Under the pieces are notes generated by a model. The model was not told where the DNA came from and searched no databases. It was given only the letters and a program-made list of their open reading frames with translations. A DNA stretch of 63,887 nt, counting the filler, from Hyphochytrium catenoides (taxonomy: Eukaryota; Protista; Hyphochytriomycota), in NCBI GenBank assembly GCA_900088475.1. It is 8 parts of 8 records of this genome, joined end to end, with 100 filler letters (N's around TTAATTAATTAA, not from the genome) between each part and the next. Parts side by side here need not be neighbours in the genome. Positions count along the whole stretch, not along the records: positions 1 to 7,538 come from FLMG01000205.1; positions 7,639 to 30,977 come from FLMG01001325.1; 6 more parts are not named here. One strand, given 5' to 3'. Both the position numbers and the translations under genes were made by a program. Positions 1 through 12,759 of the stretch are shown one piece after another. Positions within the stretch are counted from its first letter, which is position 1; each line of letters begins with the position of its first letter.

Positions 1-187
1 GAGAGGGAGAGAGAGAGAAAGGAATAGACCTCCTTACTGTCAATCCTCGATTAATGTAGGCAGCCCGTTCCTCACGCTCTGTTCAGTCCCAAGTCTTCTT
101 TTTATTTCTTCTTTCCCATAGCACCAATATTGTTCCTCCTCACTTCTCGCTTTCTCTCTCTTCCACTGTCTCTCTCTCCTCTTCCAG

Positions 188-914
188 GGCGTAGTAGCTC
201 GTCAGATTCTCCTCCAAGACGCGGTGAGAGCCCGTGGGCATCCAGACTTTGTGTTCTGTCTGGGCGATGACACAGCAGACGAGAACATGTTCAAGGCGAT
301 CTATGATTACATGGCAGAGAGATCAGATGAGAGTGTTAGGGGTGTGCCGCACCCGAGGCAAGGTAAGTCTTAACATAAGAATCAAAGTTCAGGGACATTC
401 GGCGAGAGAGGATGAGTAAGCATTCTTCTCTCTTTCTCCTTCCTCTTGTCTCCGGTTGCACAGGTAAAAATATGCAAATAGAGGGCTCTCTCAAGCATGT
501 CTTTACATGCACAGTGGGAAAGAAGCCAAGCCATGCGCACCTGTAAGTGGCTTAATGCGTCCTCGTTAGTTCCGCCTCTCTCCTCTTTTACTCAATGGGT
601 CTCTTTCCTACGTTCCCTTCCGGTGTCTCTCGCTACTTCTTTCACTAGGGTTCTGCACTCCGCCAAGGGATCCACCGCTCGCATTCGACTCTTCTCTCAT
701 TTATAAGTTCTATTTTAGGTCTTCTTGTCAAAAGATCCCGTCTTCTCGGGGTTTGGTCTCTCTTTCTCTCTCTCTTTCTCTCTCTTATCTTGATTACTCT
801 CATGCTTATGGACACACCTCCGTCGCTCTCTGTAGCTACGTCAACAGCGTCAGTGATGTGCAGCGACTGCTAACAACGTTAGGGGAGATTACGAGCGGGA
901 GCCCCTCTTCATAG
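188..914 (+). CDS. Trehalose-6-phosphate synthase/phosphatase, C-terminal HAD phosphatase domain (last 3 exons, ~188-362, ~464-543, 836-914; 5' part outside window)
   Basis: Manual splicing gives GHPDFVFCLGDDTADENMFKAI...VFTCTVGKKPSHAH-YVNSVSDVQRLL...PSS*, matching the GDDxxDExMF and CTVGxKPS motifs of TPS/TPP proteins; GT-AG junctions. Confidence 0.85.
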
Positions 915-1311
915 GCATGCCACTATATCTCTGAAGTGAATCGGGGAACCGGCTCCCTCTTCCATCGTGGTCGTCTCCCTTCCTCTCCCTCGCTCTGTCT
1001 CCCTCTCTTCGCATTAGCCGCACTTTCTATCGCTGTCTCTGTTGCGGCCGGAAGATATAGGAACGAGAAAGGCAGAGGGTTCCCGTACAGAGAGAGGAAA
1101 GTGGCAACGATGGGGAGAGAGAGAGAGCACAGCCTCTTTGTTACAGCTGCTTCCATTAACACCTGTCTAAATAAGTTATAACATTCCAGTCATTGCCTTG
1201 CCTAGTGCTCTCGTCCTTTACTCTTCTCTCTCTTTGTCTCTCGTCTGCGGGCAGTCTAGCCCTTGCCTAGGCCTGTCTTCTCCTCTCTCTCTCCCTTCTT
1301 CACTCGTCTAG

Positions 1312-3972
1312 TCAATGCTTAAGCTTCTGCTTCACCCTTCTCATGTCATCCATTAAGTCCTCTATCCCCGTCCTTGAAGAGCTCCACGATGCGTCAGTTA
1401 GGTCAGGAGGCTCGGCATTACCTAGAGAGAGGAGAGTGAGAGAGGAGAGAGGACAACAGAATGGCACAGCAAGAAAAGGGAAAGAGCCCTCAAGAAGAAA
1501 AGAAGCATTGCTGGGAGAAGTCTATCCTCTCATTGAATTGGAATGGCGAAAGGCGGGAAGCTTGCGGGAGGCGGGAAGGGCAGGGTAAAGGGAAAGGAGA
1601 GTGGACGAGCAAAGAGAGAGAGAGAGAGAGAGAGACACTACCTTCCGGGATGGACGGCACAGGGGCGTATCTGGCGTAATAGCTGGTCCATAGCGCTGTG
1701 TTCCTCAGTACAGCGCTCTTCGCTCCAGCAAGCACACAATGCGCACTCTAGTAGAAAATGAAGAACATAGCAAGGCGCGAAGCGAGAGAGAGAGAGAGAA
1801 GGAGAGATTAACGGACTGGGCACGTTGATTGAGAAGTGAGACATACGCTAAAGAACAAAGGAAGACAGAGGGTGTGGCCACCTTCGATCTATAAAAAGGG
1901 TTGACATATTTCTCTTTGTTCTGGAGAATGTACGCCCACAGAGAGGGCGTCCTTTGGTCCCAGTGGGCGGCCCGTCTCTCTCTGTCGCAGTCAAAGAGAA
2001 AGGTGCCAAACCTGAAGGAAGACAACACAAGATGGCCCGAGGGATCGTGAGGTCAGCAATTATTCCCTACATTTGCCGTCACTGGTCTCTCTCTCTCCTT
2101 TATTTCTCCTTTCCATCTTTCCATCTTCGGGTTTTACTCTTTTCTTTCTTCTCTCTCTCTGTACTTCGCTCTCACCTGCCCGAATAAGTGCTATCAGCTA
2201 TCAGGATAAGAACCTCCTCCGTGTACTCAAAGTACGACGGATAAAGGCGCAGGAGCTGGCTCAATGCGTCCAAGAATTGGAGGAAAATGGGAGCCACCTG
2301 GTCGCCTGGAGGAAAGAGGAGAGAAAGAGACGCCCAGAAGACGAAAGAAGATAAGTTGGCTGCAGCTTTTTGTGGAAGAAGTATGATGAGCTTTGGCACC
2401 TAACCATAGTCTTCAAGAATGAAGAGTTAGGGAGCGAACAACAAAAAGACACCACCAAGCGAGTACAATGAGGGGAGGAGAGAGAGTAGAGAGAGAGAGA
2501 CAAGAGCGGGAAGGGGGAATAAAGAGAGAAAAAAGAGAGAGAGAGAGAGAGAGAGCGCGAGAAGACAGAGAGAGAGACTGAGAGCGAAGGAAATAAATAA
2601 ACTTACTCTGACTGCCACAGGGACCTATCCGCTCATGGAACTTGTGACCCGCAAGAATCCATTCCTAGGAAAGCAAGAGAAACGGCGCTAAGACAGTGCA
2701 AACTTTAAAAGAGGAAGAGAGAGAGAGTTCAGGAATGTACATCGAAGAGAGAACCTAACTCTTGAACTTGTCCGTCTCCCAAGCTTACCTTCTCTATGAC
2801 GTGCATGAGCCCTATAATCGTCCTATAATGTCCATCTAATAATATCTGCGCCAAGGCACAGACCTGCGGGCATAGACAGGCATGACATCGAAGAAAGGCG
2901 GAACAGAGGTCAGCGCCAAAGAAAGAGAAGTGAGAGAAGGTGAAGAGGAAATAATAAACATTACTAGGAGAAAAGTAGCATCCGTGTCTCTCCTCTCTAT
3001 CATTCCCCTCTTCTGTCCCTGTCTACCTGTCCTGTCCTATCCCAGCCGTCACTGCAGTGAACCAGTGCTGTCTGCATATCTCTCTCCACTCTTTCAGCCA
3101 CAAAGAATGCCGCATGCAAGACGAGCCTGATGTTATGTAACCATTTCGTCTCCTGTCCGTACATGAGGGAGAGACAGACAGAGAGAGAGACACACACAGA
3201 GAGAGAGAGAGAGCGAGAAGAGGAAGATAGCAGCCGACCTGTGAGAGACAATGAGGCAGACCTAGGAAGGTAATAGGAGGAGTTGCCATCGTGATTCTCA
3301 AAGAAAGAGAAAGAGGGAAATATAGCGGAGAGAGTGGAAGGGAAGTAGAGAGAAAGAGAAGAGAGAGATAGAGAGGGGGCTAAGGTGGGATAAAAAGACA
3401 CAGAAGCCCAATGATCCTACCTCTATTCTTGCGTTAAAGCTTAGATCTGACGTGTTGGTGTTCTGCAGAACCGCCCGAAGTGCTTCTAGGCTCTCCCTCA
3501 TGCCATGAATGTTAGGGATATCCATGTAGTTGACCTAGCTTTCAACGAGACAGAACGGAGGGAGATGAGAGAGTGAGACTGAGAAAAATAGAGGAAGAGA
3601 GGGATAGAGAGAGACAACTAGCGCTTATGACAGTGCTTGGTTTCGAAAGAGGGCCACTGAAAGGACGTTGTGGACGTTATGTTATGAAGAGACAGAAGAG
3701 CGAAGATAGAGAAAGCAATTTTGAGAGTTTTCTTCAAGTAATGGCCAGCCCTCCAGTAGCTCATCAGCCTCTAGAGAAGAATGGAGAGAAGAAGCTAGCA
3801 GCGTATGCGCAAGCAAAGTAAAGAAACGGAAAGTGGAAAAAGCGAGGCTGGGCTGCACCTTTAAATAGCCCAAAGAAGCGGACTCAGTGCCTCCTCCGGT
3901 GAACTGAAGGCGTGGGAATGGGGGAGTGAGAGAACGAGAAGAAAGAAAAGAGGAAGAAAGGGAGCATGGGAA

Positions 3973-4003
<31 letters not shown>

Positions 4004-4678
4004 GCGGTCATTATAGATATGAAAGTCGGCGATCGTGAACAGGTTGACTAGCATGGTCAACCGCCGCGCAAGAGACAATGACAGAGGGAATAGCTCGTAA
4101 GTCCCTACCACCTTTCTCTCCTCACTACTCTCTCTTTCTACGCAGACTATACTCTTCAGGGCCAACCCATCGCGCTTGGACTCACATTGTTAGCCTGTGC
4201 GTTAAGCTTGGGCCTGCAATCAACGATGCAGAGCTGCGTGTGCTGAGCGTTGGTCCTAATAATGCTCTGAAGCATCATCTCGTCATAGGTTGAGGAGGAA
4301 AAGAAGATTCCTCTCTTTGGTTGAGAGGAGCGCCATATAGACGCAGTGTTATGATGGACCCTGCGCAGCAGTAGCCACAAAAAGAGAGAGAGAAAAAGAG
4401 CAGAAACAACAGACAGAATGGGTAAGAGAGAGGACAGCGATTGACGGTTGCAGCGACGAGAAGAGAAGACGAGCCAGGTATAAGCAGGTTTGAGCGATAT
4501 CCCTCCACGGCTTGAGCAGCAACACTTCGTCTCTTGCAGCAACACTTCGTCTCTTCCGCAATCTTGTTCTTCCACTCTATTCTTGCATCAGCCCGCACCG
4601 CAGCTCTTCTTCTTATATTTCACATCACCTCTGTCTCTCCCTCTTTCTCGATCACTCTCTTTCTTTCTCAGTTTCTCT

Positions 4679-4747
<69 letters not shown>

Positions 4748-6396
4748 TGTGTGTGTGTGTGTGTTCCGTGTTAGTTCCTAGGTGCTTGCCATACGATTCG
4801 CCCCCATCTCATCATATTGTTCTCTGCCTCTCTCGGAGCTACCCTTCCTTCCTCTTGATTGTTTCTTCTCTTTCCCACTTTCAGGCCCTATCTGGGCCTT
4901 GCCCGGAAACTCATTCCCTCTGCTCCTAGAGTCTCACCAGCAGAGCATGGGAATCCTCCTCTTGCTTCTGAACTCTGCCACCGCCATAACGTTTCCGTCT
5001 GTCATGGAGACAGGCACCACCAGGCGAGGAGGGTAAGTGGGGCACATGTTGTGCCCTTGGTTTACAGAGGAGACGCGGAAGAAAAGACCTCCAGATAAGT
5101 CCACGCCCATGCGCTCAAAGTCCTGCTTGATGTCATAAACATAGTGGCCTGAGATTGGGGAATGATATGGCAGTAGATGGAAACATAGTGGAAGAGAGAG
5201 AGAAAGAAAGACAGAGCGAGAGAAGGAAAGGAGAGCCGAAAGAGAGAGAGAGAGAAAGAAAGGAGAGCAGAGAGAAAAATAGAGACGATGAGGAGGTTAA
5301 CATCCGTGGGAAACGGACCGGGGAAGACCTACTATGGCAAGCAGGAAAGGAGATATCCGCAGGGGCCACATAACATCAAAAAAAAAGTGGAGATACGGAC
5401 GACACCAAACGAACCAATCCGTACTTCAGAATAATCCGTAAGGAAGACTGATAACGGTGCATAAGAAGATGGGGAGAGGGAGAGAGAGAGAGATAGAGCA
5501 AGAAGGAAAAGGGGGATCAAGCGGCTCGCGTACAAGAGAGAGAGAGTGGAAGGCGATAGCCGTGGTGGAAGAGAAGGAAAGACAGAGGAGAGAGAAAGAG
5601 AGAAAGGGAGCGGAAGGCTCAATAACGCGCATGGTCGTGCGTCAGAGTAATGGTTGATGCAAAAGGCCAAGTCTCATACACTCCTCTATCTCTTACCTTC
5701 TCTTTCTCTCTTATCCGCGGCTGGATCCATGGCTCTATTTCCTTTGGCAAAGGCGAAGAAAGACAACGGACTGCTGCCGTTCATCTTAGAGACCAAGACA
5801 GACATCATCGCATTCACCTCACACCTCAATCTCCACTCTCTTAGATCCTTGAATTGGACCAAGACAGAGGAAGGCATAGCACTGGAAGAAGGAGGAGTGG
5901 GAGGATAGAAAACTTTGGCGAGAGAAGTGACTGGCGCGCCCTTCATTGAAGAAGAGAGAAGGTGGTGCAAGCGGTCCCGAACGTCTTGAGAAGGGTCAAA
6001 GACCAAGCGATAATTTGTGATACGAAGTTTGCCTACGGAGATTAGCACAGAGACAGAGACGGAGAGAGAGCCAGAGAGCGAGAGAGAGAGAGAGAAGGAG
6101 AAAGAGTGCGTTCTTTTTAGAAGAGTTGAGAAAGTGGTTGCTCTTTCTTCTCTTATACCTTTGACAGGGGCCATCGTGGCTCCGCCCACGCGGGGGAACT
6201 CCATCGTGCACTCCTGAGATAGCACATCTCCTTCTCCAGGAAGATAGGAGAAGAGAATATTATGAGGAGAAGCAAGCTTCTTCCTTATCTCTTTCCCTTC
6301 TGATGACGCGTCTAAGTTACGGGACGATGAGCTAGCTACTGACACCTGCCACATAAGCAAGAGAATGAGAGGAAAGACACGACGCAGCAGAAGAAA

Positions 6397-6438
<42 letters not shown>

Positions 6439-7067
6439 GAAGAGCGTAAGAGACAGAACGAATAGTCTCTGCTTGAGAAGACTCACTTAGAAAGAGACAA
6501 GGGAAGCGATGTAAGAAAGTGAAAGTAAGAGTGCTTTTCCGAGACGTAGAGAGAAAAGAGTGAGAGAAAGAAGGCAGAGATGCACAGGGAGAGAGAAAAG
6601 ACTTGACGCCCGGAGAGAAGAGAAACACGCATCACTGCGGAGCCAAAGTCAGTGACAGAGAGAGAGACGCGTGGAAACGAAGATTTGAAGGTGTCAAAAA
6701 GGAAAGAAGATAAAGGAGAATGCTTTATTGGTGACGACAGGTTCCGAGAGAGTTTCCGAGAAAGAGAGCGGGTAAGAAATTAAGGGAAAGAGGACAATCA
6801 AGAGCCAGGGACAGGAACCTTGAGAGAGGAAAGAGAAAGAAGAAGAGAGAAAGAGAGGATGCTTGAGAGAGAGAGAGAGAAGATTCGATAGGCAATAACC
6901 TGCTTCGTCTCCCGGACGAGGTTCCTGATGACGCTGGAGATCTTCACATCTCCACCTGCAGAGGCAGCGGCGGCCCTGACAGCCAGCGGCTCCCGACGCT
7001 GAGCAGCAGTGTTCGAGCGAAGAGGAGCTCTCTCAGAGGCAGACGTCCTGGCTACTGTTGCTGTCAT
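1312..7067 (-). CDS. Myotubularin-family phosphoinositide 3-phosphatase (multi-exon, PH-GRAM + phosphatase domain)
   Basis: Catalytic LVHCSDGWDRT (~3030-3075); also GKLRITNYRLVF (GRAM), CPTYPPRLVVP...FRSKRRIP, WRSSQP, IVDCRPKLNAQAN, IPNIHGMRESL, PIFLQFLD, FGTFLFD. Start at 7067 and stop at 1312 are inferred from splicing. Confidence 0.93.
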
Positions 7068-7538
7068 TGAAAATTTGAGGAAGTGAGAGAGACACGAGAG
7101 AGAGTAGAAAGAGAAAAAGAGAGAGAAAGAAAGAGAGAGAGAGAAAAAGACATAAAGAAGGGAACAAAGAGAAAGACGGAGAGAGAGAGAGGAAGAGAGA
7201 GAGAGAGAGAGAGTCAGAGAGAGAAGTGGCTAGTAATAAAATGACCGAACAGGCGGGGACAGAGAGAGAGAGCGTGAGAAGCCCAGAGGGACGACGACAA
7301 ATGAGAGGAACTTGGAAGAGAGAGCGAAGCTGTCAACGGTGGTGGAAAGGTTACAAACCAGGAAAAGGAGCTAAGAACGGAAGAGCGGAGATGGGAAGTG
7401 AGAACAGCTCGCGAAGGACGTTAGAGAGAGAGAGAGGCCATCCCTCACCGGATATAGAAACAAAAAGAGGGATAACGAGGACGAGTAATAAAAAGAGAGA
7501 TGAACCAAAAACGAGGAGAGAGTGAAAGAGAGAGAGAG

Positions 7539-7638
7539 NNNNNNNNNNNNNNNNNNNNNNNNNNNNNNNNNNNNNNNNNNNNTTAATTAATTAANNNNNN
7601 NNNNNNNNNNNNNNNNNNNNNNNNNNNNNNNNNNNNNN
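7539..7638. other. Artificial contig linker N44-TTAATTAATTAA-N44; same 12-mer at 7583, 31022, 33786, 40015, 57886, 59084 and 62723
   Basis: Identical six-frame-stop 12-mer embedded in N runs seven times; a typical pseudo-scaffold spacer. Confidence 0.97.
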
Positions 7639-9368
7639 TCTCTCTCTCTCTGTCTCACTCTCTCTCTGTCTGTCTCACTCTCTCTCTGTCTCACTCTCTC
7701 TCTGCTCTCTTTGTCTCTCTCTCTCTCTCTCTCATATTCACTCTCTCTCTGTCTCTGTCTCTCTCTGTCTCTGTCTCTCTCTGACTCTCTCTCTGTCTCT
7801 CTCTCCGTGTCTCTCTCTCATATTCACTCTCTCTTCTTTTCCTGGTTTCCCTCCTGGTCTTCCACTTCTTTCGTGACATTATTCTTTCAGACTTCTTGTT
7901 GGAAGTTTGACAGGGAGTAACAACAAAGTAAGACAGAAAGAAGCCACGGCGGGCCGACGAACGGCAGCGATGACGAGGTGACGACATGATGCGCTCTACT
8001 TTCCTTCGCACTTCAAGGTCCTCTTCTTCAAGGGCAATCTATCACTCTCAAGCATAGCAAAGGGTAGGAAGATGAGAGGATGAGCCTGTCAGAGACCTAT
8101 TCTTACTTTGTGATGAGCGGTCTCCAGGCTGCCATTTCGGGTCATCATGAGATGGAGAAGCGACGGCAGTGCCGAAGCATTGAAGAAGTGAACACCCGCT
8201 TGACACGAAGAAGGAATAGTAGTAGAAGGCTGACGGTGTCCAAACCATGGCAGTGGCAACAAGCAGCTCGGCGGGCTCTTGCGTGCATACAGGGGTTACT
8301 TTGAGGCTGTACATTGGTAGGAGCCCGGCAGACAAAATGTTCAACAGCGCATGCAGAGCTTCTCTCTCTCTCTTTGTGAGGGTTCCGCCTCGGAGCAGTC
8401 ACCCTTCTACTAGCCGAAGTCTTAGGTTAGGTAGCCTGCTGCTTGTGGTCTTTACTCTTTGTCGAGCGCATCCCACATCTCATTATCCTTGTGCTGCATA
8501 GATAGATAGCTTCTTTGGTCTGAAGGCATTGATCGACATAGAAAAAGGGCTTCCGAGCACGAGCCACGTGGTGGTCAGTCTACTATCTCTAGTGATATCT
8601 GGCACCTCTTGGCTACCTCCTGCCCTCCCCTGCTACTAGATGGAGATTAGTCCCGCCCGAAGCAGTCGTTAAGAACGTTGTGACCGTCAGATAATCCAAA
8701 GATATGGGCGACTCTGCTGATCATCAGGCCATAGTCCGTTAGGCTCAATAATAATCTGTGCTCTCGCTGCGTTCCTGCTACAAAATCTGAGAAAGAGTGA
8801 AGAGTCTTCGTCTGTTAGAAGAACTAGGAACAAAATAAAAAGAAGAGCCATTATAAATAGAGCCGTTAACGGCTTTCTGCGGCAATCGGCATTGCGAAAC
8901 ATCTAGGAAGAGGAGGATGTCGTTGTTGGAGTTTGATGATGCCGCTAGCTTCTTGCTTTGAAGTTGACTGTCCTTGCTGCTCGTATAGAGGGCTATGCGG
9001 GCTGAAGGTTGACGATGAGAGCACCTCGACACGTCGTCGACTGAGAAGCTCAACTTTGACTCTCTGCACGAGCCGTCTCCGTCGAGGAGGCGTAACCTAT
9101 AGTCTTTGTGTCAAAGTCTTGCTTGCTGCTTCTGATCTCCCTGCTTAGCCGTCTCCGTCGAGGAGGCGTACCCTATAGTCTTTGAGGACACGCGCGTTGG
9201 CCAGCTCCTTGTTACAATTTTTGCTGCTTTGGTCGGTTGGCTCCTTCGCCTACTGCCGCGGCCATTTGGGCCAAGGACACCCAGTGACGAACTACCTCTA
9301 AGGGAAAGCTCTGAAAAGCTGAGCATTGTAAAGCGTGCAAGAAGTCACAAAGGCGCTTGGCTTGCAAC

Positions 9369-10544
9369 ATGGGTAACGAGACTTCAAGTGCCGCTGAGCA
9401 CTGCGGCTATCGGATCATTGGGGTGCAGGTAATGGATTAGAAGTTGCTAAGGGCACCTTGTGGGACCTGTCAAGGGAGCCGTTGCTGGTGGAGCTGAAAA
9501 CTATAAAGGAGAAGGGCGGGCAAAGATAAGATCTGAGACCACTAGAGAGATGCGGAACGTCATTAGCCCATAGCCCTAGACTGAAGAATTGCCTGCAGCG
9601 GAGGAGGCCGAAGGGATCGTTTGATTTAGATAGTGGGAGAGAGAGAGATGACATGAGGAGGCATCAAAAGTGCTGAGTGTCTTCTCTTCTTTGTCTCTTC
9701 ATTCCGGCAAAAACAGGAAAAGTCTTCTGCAGCAAAACTCCAGCTCGTCCCGTTCTTTGACTTTATCATCGCTGCCAATGGCATCCGTCTGGTATGCCGC
9801 CCCCTTCCCCCTCGCCGTCTGTCTTATGTTCTTTGGTACTTCCTCTTACCTCGGCGAGCCTCTTGTCTTGGTCTGTCTCTAGAGTATGATGCGCATCTCG
9901 CTCCTGTCTTTCATGGGCACGGGAACTTCTGTCAGTCAGTTGACTATGTCTTTTCATCCTCCTCTGTTCGCAAGGACCTCATAATAGCTCTAACACACAG
10001 TGCCCTATGTTAACCACTCTCTCTCTCTTTCTCTCCTCTTTCTTTATATCGGGTGGGTCTTTCTCACTGTGCTCGTTTGCATCTATCTGCTACAGCTTCC
10101 GCATCTTCCTGATGTGGCCTCTCTTCATGTCTGTCTGTAACTAATGCACTGTCTCTTTTGTTCGCTTCAAGGATCAAAGAGACTCCTCCTTCATGGAGAT
10201 CATTGCCAGCTTCGAAGATAGGCCACTCTCTCTTACCATTTTCAACATAAAATCAAATTCACAGAGAGACGTCATCGTCACACCAACGCGGAACTGGGAG
10301 GGCCAGGGCCTGCTTGGTGAAGATTCCTTTTGTTCTTTCTCTCTTTCCTTCTTCAGTCCTATCGCCAACACTCGTCCTCGTGAAAACCTTCTCTCGCAGT
10401 GAAGCTCGCAGTAAAGTTGGGTTACCTCCTACTTCTTCCCTGCTCACTTTAGCGGCTCTCACATCCGTTGGCCGATAATCTCCTGAGCCCTCTCTCTCCC
10501 TTTTCACTGAGTCTGTCTGTTCTCTCTCTCTTTCTCTCCTCTCG

Positions 10545-10601
<57 letters not shown>

Positions 10602-12479
10602 TCTCACTCTCTCTCTCTCTTGTTCTATTTGGTTTGGCTCCCAGGCATCACAATCCGTTTTGACACCTTCGAGGACTCAGACTCACACGTCATACATGTG
10701 CTGGTGCGTGAGCTAAGGATGGGACTGGACGTTCTCGCTTGTGCTTGAGCTCTTGCGTCCCTCTCTACCTAATCAGTCATTGTCTAAGGTTTCCTTGCAA
10801 GTTACTCATTTGCTCTCTCTCCAGCTCCTTGGTCCCATCAACCCTACGCCTACATTCAATTCTCACATTTATGCAATTTCTATAGGATGTGGCCAAGGGC
10901 TCGCCCGCAGAGCTAGCTGGTCTGAGTCCATACTCGGACTATCTTCTTGGAACAGCGGAGACAGCTTTTGTGGGTGAGTAGACTAGAGCAATGGAGAGGT
11001 TACCACCAGGTCGCGACTTTTTGCATCTATTCGCTTCCGTCTGGTTGCTTGCTCTCTCTCTTTTTCTCTCTCTCTCTCTGTCCCCCGCCCCATGCACTGT
11101 TAGCCTCACTGCGATTCTTTACAGAGTTAGCCTTCAGTTTAAACTCTCCTAGGAAGGGCACACAGGATTAGGCTGGCCCCTGCTATCGGGCATTCTACCT
11201 TCTATCCGCTTCCTATGATGCACTCCATTACGGAGAAACATAGGCCACTGACTCTTTAAGTTTTTACGCATGACCTTTCATTCATCCATAGACTTCGATA
11301 TCTTCTTTGATTGCATCCAGCAAAAGGTGGACAAGCCGGTGGATATCTATGTATACAAGTAAGCGGCGTTCCCTCTCTCCTGCCTGCAGTTGCATCTGTT
11401 CATTGTGATGGCCAATTCCTCCTTGCTGCTCATCTCACTGGCGGGTGGCTTTAATGGATCATTTCGTTCTTATCGCATGTACCTTTAGAAAGCAATGTCT
11501 CTTGCTATTCGCTTCTATTTATGTACTAATACTATCTAGCGACAGTCTCTCCTTGACCATCTTCTACTTATTGATCAGCTAGTGCTTTGCCAATCATCAT
11601 CAAATGTATGTTCTGTCTCTGTTTGCGGCTGCAGCGTGGAAAGCGACGAGATTAGGGTCGTCACTCTCCTTCCTAATTCAAAGTGGGGTGGAGATAGCTT
11701 GCTAGGAGCTGAAGTGGGCAATGGCATCCTGCACAGACTGCCAGAGGAATGCAAGAAGACAAACGGCAAGGCGGCAGGTAGGAAAAGGGAAGAGAGGGAA
11801 TGTCTGCTACTGTGTGCTCTTCTAAGTCTATCTTCTCCCACTGCCTGACGTTTTGTCTTCCAGCATTGATAGACGTCAGAGCTTATGCGCAGGTGGCTCT
11901 GCCTGGACCACAGAGTCTAGGTAAGGCGAATTGCTTGAAGCCTATTGCCTGAAACATAAACCGTCCTCCATGACATAATTCCTTCTCCGGCTCTCTCGAA
12001 TAGCCTCTTCTCTTCCGCAGGCTCCTCCACCGCCTGCTTATCCAGCGCCAGCAGGAGAGCCACTGCGAAAAGCAGGACCTTCTTCTTCAGGTGAGGAGAA
12101 CAATAAAAGATGACCAAGACAGAGCTATCGACGTCTCGGGCTAGTTTGCGCGGTCCAATTCCTTCCCTTGTCTGCGTTCCTCTCTCATTTCACTTCCCAC
12201 CTCACCTGCCAAATTGAATGTACAGAGAAAGACGAAACTGTGCTTCAGCAGCAGCCCCTCCCACCTCCTCCACCTCCTTCGAAAAGCTTAAAAGAACCCA
12301 CAGATTCTCCAGCAGAAGAAAGGACCAACGAGCCCAACTTACCCTCTGCTGAGGCACAGCCGCTGGTTCCTGAAGAAGAGCGAGTCGACGGAGGAGGAGC
12401 AGCAAGCACATCGGCTGCGGCAGAGACTGACGGAACTGGCATGACAGAAGTGGATCTGAAGGAGTCCATGACTCAATGA
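9369..12479 (+). CDS. GRASP: Golgi reassembly-stacking protein (GRASP55/65, tandem PDZ-like domains, Pro/acidic tail), multi-exon
   Basis: MGNETSSAAEHCGYRIIGVQ (N-myristoylation MG) | EKSSAAKLQLVPFFDFIIAANGIRL | VTPTRNWEGQGLLG-ITIRFD | VAKGSPAELAGLSPYSDYLLG | PNSKWGGDSLLGAEVGNGILHRLP. Confidence 0.92.
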
Positions 12480-12759
12480 GAATAAATAGAAATATTTGTG
12501 GCTAACTAATAGCGGCACCTTAGGGGTTGGCAGTGAGGCGGTCGCTGCACAATAGAGGTGCAGCAATCAATAAATGCGGATGCAGGACTGAATGATAGAG
12601 TAACGGACAGAGAGAGTATAGTTTAAGAAAGAAAAAAAAGGAAAACCTGATGCATGGAGGTGGAGGTGTAGACGGCGAGGAAGTGAGGAAGAGGCTTGCA
12701 CTAAGCAAGACGGGGTTGAAAGAGCTAAATAGGTAGGCGCACACGCGCGAGGATGACTG

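Noticed and set aside
4516-4555. Perfect 20-bp tandem duplication GCAGCAACACTTCGTCTCTT
   Set aside because: Lies inside a myotubularin intron; most likely a neutral slippage event.
7583-7594. Recurrent TTAATTAATTAA motif as a biological repeat
   Set aside because: Always centred in N runs; an artificial six-frame-stop linker.
7860-9060. Possible minus-strand type II membrane protein gene divergent from GRASP
   Set aside because: Only short ORFs with one hydrophobic stretch; no consistent splice model or motif.
9071-9184. Repeat-spacer-repeat as a mini CRISPR array
   Set aside because: Only two units, eukaryotic context, no cas genes.
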